64,000 nt of DNA from assembly GCA_028826165.1 (NCBI GenBank), contig JAPDFW010000103.1, positions 1 through 64,000 on the forward strand, given 5' to 3'. The position numbers were made by a program, and so were the translations under genes. Position 1 is the first letter of the stretch. Every line of letters starts with the position of its first letter. This DNA is from Anaeramoeba ignava BMAN (Eukaryota; Protista; Anaeramoebae). Positions 44,597 to 58,400 of this stretch are shown here, piece by piece. Under the pieces are notes generated by a model. It searched no databases. It was not told the origin of the DNA and saw only the letters and a list, made by a program, of their open reading frames with translations.

Positions 44597-47500
44597 ATGA
44601 GCAAATTAAATTGTTTATCACCAGTTCCACCAGATATAGTAGTTTCACAATCAGTAAAACTATTACCAATTCATGAATTAGCAAAAAAAGTAGGGTTACT
44701 TCCAGATGAATATGAATTACATGGAGATAGAAGAGGAAAAATTAAATTAGATGCTTATGAACGAAGAAAAGATAAACGTGATGGAAAATATGTTTTAGTG
44801 ACTGGAATAAATCCAACTCCTTTAGGTGAAGGAAAAACTACCACAACAGTTGGTTTAACTCAAAGTCTTGGTGCTCATTTTAATAAAAAGGTTTTTGCTT
44901 GTTTGAGATGTCCTTCAAGAGGTTAATTTATATTTTTTTTAATTTATTTTATTTATTTTATTTATTTTTGCTTTTTTATTTTATTTATTAGGTCCTACAT
45001 TTGGAATTAAAGGAGGAGCTGCTGGCGGTGGTAAATAAAATAAAATAAAAATTTTTTTTTCTTTAATTTTCATTTAATCAAATGATCCAAAAATTTTATT
45101 TAATCAAATTTTAATTTATAATTTAATCAAATTTTAATTTATAATTTAATTTATAATTTAATTTAATTTATAATTTAATTTAATTTTTAATTTTATTTAT
45201 AATTTTAATTTATAAATTAATTTATAATTTAATTTTTAATTTTTATTTATAATTTAATCAAATTTTATTTATAATTTAATCAAATTTTAATTTATAATTT
45301 AATTTATAATTTAATTTTAAATGAATTTACAAATTAATTTAATTTATAATTTAATTTATAATTTAATTTATAATATAATTTAATTTATAATTTATAATTT
45401 AATTTAATTTATAATTTAATTTATAATTTAATTTATAATTTAATTTATAATTTATAATTTATAATTTATAATTTAATTTTATAATTTAATTTTATAATTT
45501 AATTTTATAATTTAATTTAATTTATAATTTAATTTAATTTATAATTTTAATTTTATAAATGAATTATAATTTATAATTTAATTTATAATTTAATTTATAA
45601 TTTAATTTATAATTTAATTTATAATTTAATTTATAATTTAATTTTGATTTTAATTTTATTTTATAATTTAATTTTAATTTTTATTCTTGGATAAAAAGGT
45701 TATTCGCAAGTTATTCCAATGGATGTTTTCAATTTAGATTTACCAGATATTGATGCAGTTGCCTTAGCAAACAATCTTTGTTCTGCAGCAATTGATACAA
45801 GAATGTTCCATGAAGCTACACAATCAGATTCAGCTCTTTTCCGTAGACTTTGTCCAGGAAACGATTTCTCTAAATCAATGTTGAAAAGATTAGAAAAATT
45901 AGGAATTTTCAAAAAAAATCCATCTGATTTAACTAAAGATGAAATTTCTCAGTTTGCCCGTTTAGATATTGATCCTGATACTATCCAATGGAAACGTGCT
46001 GTTGATGTTAATGATCGATTTTTAAGAGAAGTTATTGTTGGAGTTTCATCAACTGAAAAGGGACTTCAAAGAACAACTGGGTAAATTAAAATTAAATTAA
46101 ATTAAATTAAATTAAATTAAATTATAAATTTAAAATTAATTTAAATTTTTCTTTTTAAAGTTTTGATATTGCTGTTGCTTCAGAAGTTATGGTTGTTTTG
46201 GCTCTTGCAACTTCTCTTCAAGATTTAAGAGAAAGAATGGGAAAAATTGTTATTGGAAGAAATAAGAAATCTTTACCTGTATATTTTTTTATATTTAAAT
46301 TCAATAAAATATTTAAATTTAATAATATATTTAAAATCAATAATATATTTAAATTAAAAAATATTTTTAAATTCAAAAATATTTAAATTCAAAAATATAT
46401 TTAAATTTAATAATATATTTAAATTCAAAAATATATTTAAATTAAAAAATATATTTAAATTCAAAAATATTTAAATTTAATAAATATTATTTAAATTTAA
46501 TAAAATATTTAAATTTAATAATATATTTAAATTCAAAATTATATTTAAATTCAAATATATTTAAATTTAATAATATATTTAAAATCAATAATATATTTAA
46601 ATTCAAATATTTAAATTCAAAAATATTTAAATTCAATAATATATTTAAATTCAAAATTATATTTAAATTCAAAAATATTTAAATTCAAAAATATATTTAA
46701 AATCAATAATATATTTAAATTCAAAAATATATTTAAATTCAATAATATATTTAAATTTAATAATATATTTAAATTCAAAAATATATTTAAAATAAAAATA
46801 TATTTAAATTCAAAAATATTTAAATTCAAAAATATTTAAATTCAATAATATATTTAAATTCAAAATTATATTTAAATTCAATATTATATTTAAATTCAAT
46901 AAAATATTTAAATTCAATAATATATTTAAATTTAATAAAATATTTAAATTCAATAATATATTTAAATTCAAAAATAATATTTAAATTCAATAATATATTT
47001 AAATTTAATAATATATTTAAATTCAATAATATATTTAAATTCAATAATATATTTAAATTCAATAATATATTTAAATTTAATAATATATTTAAATTCAATA
47101 ATATATTTAAATTTAATAATATATTTAAATTCAAAAATATATTTAAATTCAATAATATATTTAAATTCAAAAATAATATAAAAGGTTACTACTGAAGATT
47201 TAGGAGTTGCTGGTGCTATGTCTGTATTAACAAAAGAAGTTCTTAAACCAAATCTTATGCAAACTTTAGAACACACTCCAGTTTTGATTCATGCAGGACG
47301 TAATATAAATGAAATGATTAAAAATTGAAAAACAAATTAAAAATTAAATTTTATTATTTTTTTTTGAAAATTTTTTTTAATTATTAGCATTTGCAAATAT
47401 TGCACATGGAAATTCATCAATTATTGCAGATAAGATTGCATTAAAATTAGTTGGAGAAGATGGATATGTAGTTACTGAAGCAGGATTTGGAGCTGGTAAA

Positions 47501-48962
47501 TTAAAATTTATAAAATTAAAATTTATAAAATTAAAATTAAAATTAAATTTAAATTTAAAATTAAATTAAAATTAAAATTAAAATTAAAATTAAAATTAAA
47601 ATTAAAATTAAATTAAAATTCATTTATTAAAATTAAAATTAAAATTAAAATTAAAATTAAAATTAAAATTAAAATTAAAATTAAAATTAAAATTAAAATT
47701 AAAATTAAAATTAAAATTCATTTATTAAATTAAAATTAAAATTAAATTTAAATTTAAAATTAAATTAAAATTAAAATTATAATTAAAATTCATTTATAAA
47801 ATTAAAATTAAAATTAAAATTATAATTAAAATTCATTTATAAAATTAAAATTAAAATTAAAATTATAATTAAAATTCATTTATAAAATTAAAATTAAAAT
47901 TAAAATTAAATTAAAATTCATTTATTAAAATTAAATTTAAAATTAAAATTCATTTATTAAAATTAAATTTAAAATTAAAATTAAAATTAAAATTAAAATT
48001 AAAATTAAAATTAAAATTAAAATTAAAATTAAAATTAAAATTAAAATTAAAATTAAAATTAAATTAAAATTAAAATTAAAATTAAAATTAAAATTAAAAT
48101 TAAAATTAAAATTAAAATTAAAATTAAAATTAAAATTCATTTATTAAATTAAAATTAAAATTAAAATTAAAATTAAAATTCATTTATAAAATTAATATTA
48201 GATTGTGGAGGAGAAAAATTCTTCAATATAAAATGCAGAAACAGTGGACTTGTTCCCAATTGCTGTGTAATTGTAGCAACAGTACGAGCATTAAAAGTAC
48301 ATGCAGGATTACCACTTAAAGAATGCAAAAAAAAGAACGTTGAAGCAGTAAAAGCAGGATGTGGAAATTTAGTACAACACATTGAAAACATCAAGAAATT
48401 CGGAGTACCAGTGGTAGTTTGCATCAACAAATTCGACACAGATGCAAAAGAAGAAGTAGACGTTATTATTGAAAAGGCAATGGAAGGAGGAGCATATGCA
48501 GCAGTGCCATCAGAACACTTCGCAAAAGGCGGAGAAGGCGCAAAAGAACTTTCAAAAGCAGTCATGAAGGCTTGCGAAACAAAAAGCAATTTCAAGTTCC
48601 TTTACGACTTGGATCTTCCAATCAAACGCAAGATTGAGATTATTGCGAAAGAGATCTACCGCGCAGACAAAGTTGAATATTCAGAAAAAACATCGAGTGA
48701 TATTGAGAATTTCGAGAAGAACGGATTTGGTAAACTTCCCATTTGTATTGCTAAGACTCAGTACAGTTTCTCTCATGATCCTAAGCTCTTAGGTACTCCT
48801 AAAGGATTTACTCTCCCTATTCGTGAGGTTCGTGCTAGTATTGGTGCTGGTTTCATCTTCCCAATTTGTGGTAAGATTTCTACAATGCCTGGTTTGCCTA
48901 CTCGTCCTGCTTATTATGATGTAGACATTGATGAAAAAGGAGAAATTGTTGGTCTTTTCTAA
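44597..48962 (+). CDS. FTHFS: Monofunctional formate-tetrahydrofolate ligase, 615 aa; exons 44597-44921, 44992-45030, 45699-46080, 46161-46278, 47185-47299, 47388-47495, 48202-48962
   Basis: [65 protein letters not shown] and TMPGLP. Six GT-AG introns give 1848 nt in frame. Eukaryotic-type HEATQSD insertion; no dehydrogenase/cyclohydrolase domain. Confidence 0.95.
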
Positions 48963-49463
48963 ACTTCAAATTTTAAATTCCAAATTCTTCATTTAAATTC
49001 TTCATTTAAATTCTTTCAAATTTTAAATTCCAAATTCTTCATTTAAATTCCAAAACTTTAAATCTTCATTTAAATTCTTCATTTAAATTCCAAATTCTTC
49101 ATTTAAATTCTAAACTTTAAATCTTGATTTGTCTGCTTTTTTTTCTTTCTTTTCAAATTCTTCTTTTCTTTTCTTTTCTTTTCTTAAAGAGAAATCTTTA
49201 ATTTTTCTTTTAACTTTTCTCTTTCTTTTTTTTCTAAAAGCGGATTAACTAAAACGAATCAAAAAATTTAAACAAAAAAAATCTTTTTCTTTTTTTGTTC
49301 TTTTTTTTTTTTATTAAATTTTTCTTTTTAAAAAGTGGATTGAGTAAAAAGGAATTAAAAGATTAAACAAAAAATCTTTTTCTTATTAATTTTCTTATTA
49401 ATTTTCTTATTAATTTTCTTATTAATTTTCTTATTATTTTCTTATTAATTTTCTTATTAAATT

Positions 49464-52400
49464 TTAATTTAAATGTTTTAAATGGTTTTGAAAAAATAAA
49501 AGATGCTTTAATTTCGCTTGTTCTTTAAAAGTTGGTGAAGAAAGTCCAATATCATCAAAAATATCAATTTCCATTTTATTTTGTATAAATTCCATAATTG
49601 ATAATTCTCGTAATTCTTTCATTTTCTTTGAATCTTTCATTTCAATCATTTCGCAACTTGAAATCACAATTTCAATTAATTCTTTGCATTTTCCATATAA
49701 TCCATAATTTTCCAATTCATTCTTGATTTCTTTCCAAATTTGAATATCAATTTCTTCTTGTTTCCAATTTTCATTATTAAGAAATTCAATATCTAATTCT
49801 GGTTTTTCATCGTAATAAATAAAATTTTTAATTTTGGAAGATAAAATAAATGGTTTCTTTAAATTTTCAATTTCTTTTTTAATATAATTTTCAAAAATTT
49901 CAACTTCATTAACTGAATTATTATAATTATTGATTTTCTCAAATTCTTTCATATCAAAATTGAAAAATTGAATTGAATTGAAATCATTTGAAGAAATTGG
50001 ATAATTAATTTCTTGATTTTCATAATTCTCTTGGTTAGTTTTGTTAAAAATTGAAGATAGTAATTTTGATTGGATAAATTTGTTATTAAGATTAATTCCA
50101 TGTTGAATTAATGTTGAAATCATTAAATTATAATTTTCTTTTCCTGGCAAACAAACATCAATAAAAGATTCTTCATTAATTTCAATTATAAATTCATTGA
50201 TTGGAATTTCATTCATAATTTGTAAATATTTTGTTTCTTTTGAACATAAATTCCAATATTCTTGAAATTGGAAATATAAATCTTGAACATTTTCAATAAC
50301 ATTCTTGAATTGAATTGTTTTTGATTCTTCTCTTGTTATTTTTTGATTAAATTTTTGCATTACATAACTTCCAAATTTGATAAATCCTTCAAATAAATTC
50401 AATATTTTCAATTCTTGGATATTTTCAATAACAAATTTAACAAATGGAAACATTTTTGAGTTTTTTTCTTTTTGATAAAATAAATTGATAACAGGATATA
50501 AATTTGTTTTTGGTAAATCAAATAAATTTAATTGATCACTTGGCTGGTTGAGTATTTTTTGAATTTTATTTGTGTTTTTAATAACTTTCTCGATAATTGT
50601 TGAATGATTTTTGTTATAAATATCTGCAAAAATTTCCTCTAATTTATTCCTGTAATCTAAATCTAAGAAATTGTTTTTTATGAATAAATTTTCAGGGATC
50701 TTATATTGAGAAACCAAATTCAGAGTTTCATGATAATAAAGAATTGCTTGGTAATTTGATAAATTTAATAATCCTGATAAAATGGATAAATCATTTTCAA
50801 TGTGTGATCTTAATTGATTGATTAGTTCTTCTTGTGTTTCTGGTTTAAAAACAAAATTATTAATAAGTGAAATGAAATGTTTGGAAAATTTTTCTGATAT
50901 TATTGAAATTGAAATAACTGAAAGATGAATAAATAAGCGAATAGTTCTGAAAGTTATTGGATGCATTTTCCTAAATGTAAATGCTGGATTTGTGTTTGGG
51001 AATTTAGAAACTGAATATGAAGTGCAATTTTCAAAAAATTTGGAATCAAATTCTTTTCGATTTTCATTTACTTTTAATTTGGAGTGACAGAATTTGCAAT
51101 CCTCTAATTTTTTATGTGAAACTTTAACGAAATTTAAATGGTTTTTTTCACACAAAGACCATAAATTGAGTTTATCTTCTTCTTCTTTTCCATTTATAAA
51201 ATCGGGATAAAATAAATAAGATCCCATTGAAGGCCAATATAATTTTTCAAGTAATTCTTGCTTTATTTGTGGTTTTCCATCTTCAAATAAAAGATCTGGT
51301 GAAAACAAAAATTGGAATGGTTCAAGTTTCAATCTACTAATAAACTCAATAGAATGAATTATCATTCTGATAATTTCTTCATCTTCAATTTGTTCTTCAA
51401 TTTTGGATAAATTTTGGAATAATTTGGAATCTAAATAACTTGTTTCATGTTTACTAACAAATTCAATATGAGATTCTGTAAATTGATGTAACAATTCATT
51501 CCCAATACTTTTTTGTTCATAATAATGTATCAATGTTTTCTCTTTTTTCTTTCCTTTAGTATTGATTTCAAGAAAATAATCTTGGATTTTATTAAGAATA
51601 TCTTGAGACAACTGGCATCCTGTAATTTTTTCATCAACAGAGTCTTTGATAAATCTCTTGAGATAATTAATTCCTTGTGCTTTTTGAATTTCATTATAAA
51701 TAAATTTCAACCAAGTATCTTCTTTTCTGAGACTATTCCTCATTTTATTGATGAATTCTTTTGGTTTTTGAATCAAATGGTTTCGTGATTTAAGAAATTT
51801 TGCAATTTTTCTAAGTGAAAATTTATCTTTGGAAAAACCTAATATAATGTTTTTGGATTTCTTTTCTTCTTGATCATCTTTTCTTTGAATAAAATATTTG
51901 ATTAATTTTTTATTTTCATTAAGAATTTTCATACAACATATAAGAATAATATTTTCTTGTTGATTTTCCAATAATTTTAAATTTGTTTTTTGTAACATTT
52001 CCTGAACAAAATTTATAATATCATCTTCTTCATTTAATGAAATTAAATTTGTTAATAACGGGATATAAACTGAATATAAATTTTCAATGGAATTTAATGA
52101 TAATAAATAGTTTGTTTTGGGAATTAAATAATTGAAAAATTGTTGAATATTTGTGAAATCAAATTTTCCTTTCATTTTCTTATTGAAAAGTAATTTTTTG
52201 AAAATAATTTCTCCGTAAAATGCCAAATATTCTATAAATTTTAAAATAATAGAACGTATTTTTTTTCTGTAATTTTCAATATGATCTTCATTTAGAATTG
52301 AAAAATGTTTATCAGATTTGTGATAAGTTTTTTGGCAGATTGGGCATTTGTTTTGATTTTCATCTTCTTTAGAATTTGAATTTGTTTTTGTTTTGGATTT

Positions 52401-55400
52401 TGTTTTGGATTTTGTTTTGGATTTTGTTTTGGATTTTGTTTTTGTTTTGGATTTTGTTTTAGATTTAGATTTAGATTTAGATTTAGATTTTCTTTTGGGT
52501 TTAATTGTAAGATAAATTTGTAATTTTTCTTTTTGTGATTTTTTGCAAATCAAAATATTATTACAATTAACATTTTGAGAAAATAATTCTTTAATCAATT
52601 CACTTGTTATTTTGTTAATCATCATTTTATTTTCAATTATTTGATAAGTTTCTTCATTAAAATTTGTTAATTCAATTCCAAATTCATTTTTAAGTAATTC
52701 TAAATTCCATTCATCATAAAGAGATTCAATTGTTTTTTGTTTTTTTTCTGTTTTTCCTTCATTTTCAATCAAGAAATGAAATAATTCTTCAATTTTTTTA
52801 CTTTTTTCTTTGATTAAAAATTGTTCTTTTTGTAATTTTGGAATTAATTTTTTCATAAATGATAAAATTGAAAAGTGTCTAACTTTAGAAATAATTTTAA
52901 AATATGAATCAATTTCAATTAAATTAGTTAAATTTTGATGAATTTTTTCAAAATAAATTTTGTAAATTTCCATAAAAGAAATATCTTCTAAATTTGAATT
53001 TTCTGATTTATAATTTTGAACCCATTTTATCAAAAATTCAATTTTAAATGAATCTAAAAAATGTTGTTGTTGTTGTTGTTGATTAAAAGATAGTTTGATA
53101 AAATCTAATAATATCTTTCCAATAATTTCTTTATTTGTTTTTTCTTTTTTGAAAATTTTCTTATTTCTTTTATCATTAAAAGGAATTTGAATAAATTCAG
53201 CAAATGGTATTTTTTGTTGTGAAATTGTTTGATATTGTTGAATTATTGAATAAAATATTGATATAAAAGGAATATCAAGTTCAATAATTTTGTTATTGTG
53301 ATTTTCAATTTCATAGCAAGGAATTTCAAACTTATTAAAAAAAGTTTTCCACATATTCTTTATAGTTTTTTGATCTGAACCTAATAATTTTAAATTTTCA
53401 TTTTGATTAATATTCTTGAAAAATATTCCAATAATAGCTATCATCATTTGAATAAATTTATCATATAAAGAAGAAGGAGGTAAATTTAAATTAGGGATTT
53501 CTTGCTTCTTTTGTTTGTGTTTTTTCTTTTTCTTTTTCCCTTTTTCTTGTTCAACTATGCCTTTATTATACCAGTCAAGAATAAAATGGTTTGTTTTAAT
53601 TCCTAATTCAATCATTTTTCTGATTTTTTGTGAAAGGTTAATTTCGTTTTTTGATGAAAATAGTTCATTTTCAAAAAGTTTTGTTGTTTGAATAAATTTT
53701 TCGCTTGTGGAATCCATATTTCTTGAAATGGATATTTTCAAAAGCTTTCGATAAATTTCTTCCATTTTATTTTCTTTTTCAAAATGATCAAAAATATCCA
53801 ATGGATTTTTGGGTAATTCTGATAAATCTGGCAAAACTAAATTTGAAGCCAATTCCTCATGAAAATAATGACTCCAATTCTTTTCAAAATAAAAGGGTAT
53901 TTCTTGCATTTCAAATTGAGGAGATAAATGAACAAAAAGAATTATATAGCATGAAAGTGAGCTTTTTATATTCGCAAATATTTGGTCGATGAAAAGTTTG
54001 ATTTTGTAAAACAAATCAATCTCGTTTTTTTGGAAATGGATAGATAAAATCAAGTTGTTATTTCCTCTTGTTTTTGATAGGATCTCTTGAGTGATTTTGT
54101 GCTCTAAATTGTGCTGAGAAGGGAATTTCTGCGAAATGATGCGATGATGAATCCAATTTTCTTCTGTGAAATCCTTTTCAAATTCTTGGCTTGTTGTGAA
54201 AACTATTAATCGAGATTTCTTCTTTTTTGTAACTTTACTGCCTAAAAACTCATCGAAGTTTTTTGGTCGAAAAGATTTAAATTTATCAATAATCTTTTTG
54301 GCATCTTGTTCATACTTTGATTTAGAAGATGTTATAATCCTTTCCAATTCCTTAATTTTCGATATCTTGCAAAATTGAACTATTTTTTTCTCGGCTCTTT
54401 TCTCATTTTTTTCATATTTGTAAAGCAAGGATTTAATCATGTTATCCCGATATCCGAAAACAAGTTTTTCTTGGGTAATTTTGTTTTTGGATATTTTTGG
54501 AATTGATATGAACAACTCATTGATTAATCCAACTTTTTTTTCATTACCCAGAAAAGGGAAAAACATTTTCATAAAATTCTTTTCAAATCGACTGATCACA
54601 TTTGGGTCTTTTAATTCATAATCAAAAGCTTTTGATGTGACAACAATTAACCTGAAATTTGGATCAACCTTCACTTTTATGAGCTCATTTCTGAAAAATA
54701 GTGTTGTGAAAATCTCGTCGTTTTCAGAATAATGGTATTGAGCAAACACATTGTTTAGAAGAGGATATATGTTTTGGTCATCAACAACAACCAGCAATTT
54801 GCCTTCAGATACACATTTTTGCACAATCGATAATTTCTTGATCAGTTCTCTTTCTTTTTGGAACGAATCTTTTGGATTTATGTTTGAACCACTTATGATC
54901 ATTGAATTCTGCGAAAACTTGTAGTAAATCATCGAAAAAAATGAAATATCCTCAACAAAAAGCATTGAATAACGAGAAGTCAATGGAGAATCTGCTTGTT
55001 TTATATTGGATAAAAACTGTTTGTCCAAATCGAATTCCTTAATATTTTCCAATATTGGCAACTGGTAATTTTCTTGTAAAGTAGATAATATTTTTCCCAT
55101 ATCTCCAAAATTCCTGAAAAATGCTTGGAAAAAAATTTCGCTTGTTAACTTAGAGATTTTTGGTAGTTGGGAATGTATACTTTTGCAAAAGTAAAAGAAA
55201 TCTAGGTTTTGATAAAGTTCGTTTGTGATTTCTTGATCTTTTTTGTTGCAATCAATTTTATGCAAAATGAATTCCTTTCTATTTGCACTCTCGCAAATTT
55301 TCTGGAACATTCCAACAAAAATGCTTGGTAAATCTTGATTCTTGCCCGAGGAAATTTTGCTCAGAATTTCTTGTGCAAATTCTTCGAGTTGCTTTTTATT

Positions 55401-58400
55401 GAGAGCCTCCCGATTGACAACAATACCAGGGAAATCTTGATAAAAACCCGGAGTTGATGGTGAATTGGATATCAAAATTAGTGCTGGTATTGATTGATCT
55501 GGATTTAAATTGATATTAAGTTGTTCATCAAGTTTCCTTATTTCTGATTCAAGAATAAATAATCCCTTTTGTGTTAATTTGGTAAATTCTTTCAAAATCA
55601 CAAGAGGAATCATGCTTTGTGTTTTTTGGATTGCTTGATTTTTGATTTTTTGGAATAAATCGGGGATATAGTTGGTGTTTACATATTGAGAACATGGAAT
55701 TTCAAAGGATTCTATTACAGGAAGTTTAAATTCTTTTGATCGATTTTCTTGTTTTGTATATTTGAATAAATTGAGCAAGATTTGAAGGGATGTTGATTTT
55801 GAAGTGCCTATTTAATAATAATAAAAAAAATAAATAATTTATATTTTACAAATAAATTTTAATTTAAATTTATACCTGGTTTTCCCATAAGTAATAATGG
55901 TATTCTAGACATCCAAGAAACAAATATTATTATAATATTTTCTTTAATTATTTCGTTTAGAACTATATTTTCTGGAATCGTGATTCCCAAATCATTGATT
56001 AAGTTTTGGTTAATGCTTTCAATTTGTTTTTCAATTTGTTTGTATTTTTCAATTCCAATTTCATTATTTTCATTATTTTCATTATTTTCATTATTTTCAT
56101 CATTTTCATCTTGATTTTGTAATTTTTCAGAAACATGTTTATAGAAATTATCTCTCTGATCTTTCGGATATCTTGAAGCATAAACAACAAATAAGGAAAT
56201 AAATATGGATGATTTGATTTTGCTTACCAACTTTGTATTTTTATTGGCCTTTTGGAAGAGTGTATTTTGAGAAGACCAAAGAAAGATTCTCAAAAAATTT
56301 TTCACATCCTGGAATGTTCTATGTTTAATATTTCCTTGCCTATTCATAAATTCACGAGAAACTACAATTATGTCTTTAATTTTATCAATGATTTTTTTTT
56401 CATCAATTCCCCAAGTTTTGAAGAAACTGGATAAATTTTGGTGAATCATTAATGCAATGATATTTGGTTCTGTATATTGGTGGTATTCTCCGAAGTCGCA
56501 AACATTATCCAAAAAGAAATGATGAATATTTTTGCGAGAATAATCAATATCATCTTTTTCCTTTTTTCTTTTTTCACCATTTATATTCTCGACAGGAAAG
56601 GAATTAAGGCATGCTAAAAAATTGATATTTTTTGATAAACTTCTTCCATATAAGCAATTATCCAATAAAATTTCTTTGAATAGAATAAGACATTTTTGTG
56701 TCGCTACATCAAAATTGTGGAACAAGATATTAATTTTTTGTTGAGAATTCACGGCCAATTTTTGTTCGGCTTGTTGAATTAATTGAACAATTTCATCTTG
56801 CTGTGTTTCAGAAGTCACAAACAAAACCAAGAGAGATTGCTTTAAAATATCCCTAAATAGAAAATGGAATAAGTGGATCATATAATAGAAGTTTTCGCTC
56901 ATGAAAATAATAGGGATATTTGCCAATAATTTGAATTGAATATACATAATTTTGACTAAAATTTCTGAGTTAAAAACGGGACTTTTTTTTAGGAAATTGG
57001 TGACAAATTGAGAATGGAAGTCCTTGTCTTTGAATTGGATTGGATTTGGATTTAAAGAGTTGAAAATATCGGGCGTGTCTTGTAAAATCTTTTCATTAAA
57101 AGATTTGTCGATAAGCTCCAGAATAGAAATGAAATTGGAATAACTCGAGTAATCTTTTAATTTGTTATTAAAAGTGGATAATGTGTCTGAATTGGAGATG
57201 ATAACTGATTTGACTTTTCTTTGATCGTCTGAAAACGTGGAGAAAGAAACACAGAATGAAAATAATTTGGAACCCCAAGTTATTTTTGTATTTCTGAACT
57301 GAAGAAGATCCTCAAAATCTTTGACTTCATTTGATGACTTCTCGAGTTTCAAATGGAGAATTCCCAAAGAAAGTTTACTCAATGAATCAAAACAAGTATC
57401 AACAACCAAACGGATAAATTCCTTAGTCTTTTCGAGGTTATAAAATATATTCTTCACATCATCAACAGATAGAAATAAGTTCTTCAAGATTTTGTGGTGG
57501 TATTGCAAAAGAGAAATAACGTTGGATAATGTTCTGAATGTGAGAAATTGGCTCGGTATTCTCTGTGAAAATTTTTCTTTTAGGAAAATAAAGAAATTCG
57601 CCGGATCAAGATTTGTATTCAAATAGGATTCTTCTTTATCAAATTTGTCCAGGTCCAAATTTTTGTAATCTTTTTCCATCAACATGAATAATTTCGCAGT
57701 TTTTTCTGTTTCAGGATGCTTCACTTCAGTCATCTCGGAATTGGAATCAAATGCAAATGTGTTGAAAGATAAGAAATTATCCAAAACACATTTATTTGTG
57801 CGGAAAAATTTCAATCCAGGAAAGCGATTCAATTGACTTTCTGAATCGATGCTTGGATCGCTTGGAATTTCGAAGGCAAAATGATACTTTAAATCGAAAG
57901 GCCAGATGAAAACTTCTGAAATTTGTCTTTTGGTTTCAATATAATTGCACATCGACAATGTCCAAAGAAAGTCTAGTGTTTGCAATTGAGGAAACAGAGG
58001 TAATTCGATGTGCAAAAAATATATCTTTTTCCTGTTCTGCAAATTCTTAATGTAAAATTCGTTGATTTTCTCGTTTATTTCTGCAGGTGTTCCTTGATAA
58101 AGAACAATCCGAGAATAAATCATATCCTCCTTCTTCTCGAAGTATTTTTTTTGGATCTGATAGCTTTTCCCCATTCCTGGCAAATGAGATGTGAATGTTT
58201 CGATGTTGTCGTAGGGATTGGATTTTTTGGAAAAAATTTTTCTCGTTTTTTCCACTACAAGAGGTTTAATGGGTTTGGAAATGAGGAATTCTGAGAGTGG
58301 AGTTGAAATGGATGAATTTGGATCGTTGCCAAAATAGAAAATCAACAAGGGGAAGGAGAAGTTGGGCTTGATTTCCTTGACGTTTTTGATAAATAAAGAG

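Noticed and set aside
15979-48201. Non-canonical or U12-type introns
   Set aside because: Every intron boundary I resolved is GT-AG, with no GTATCCTT donor.
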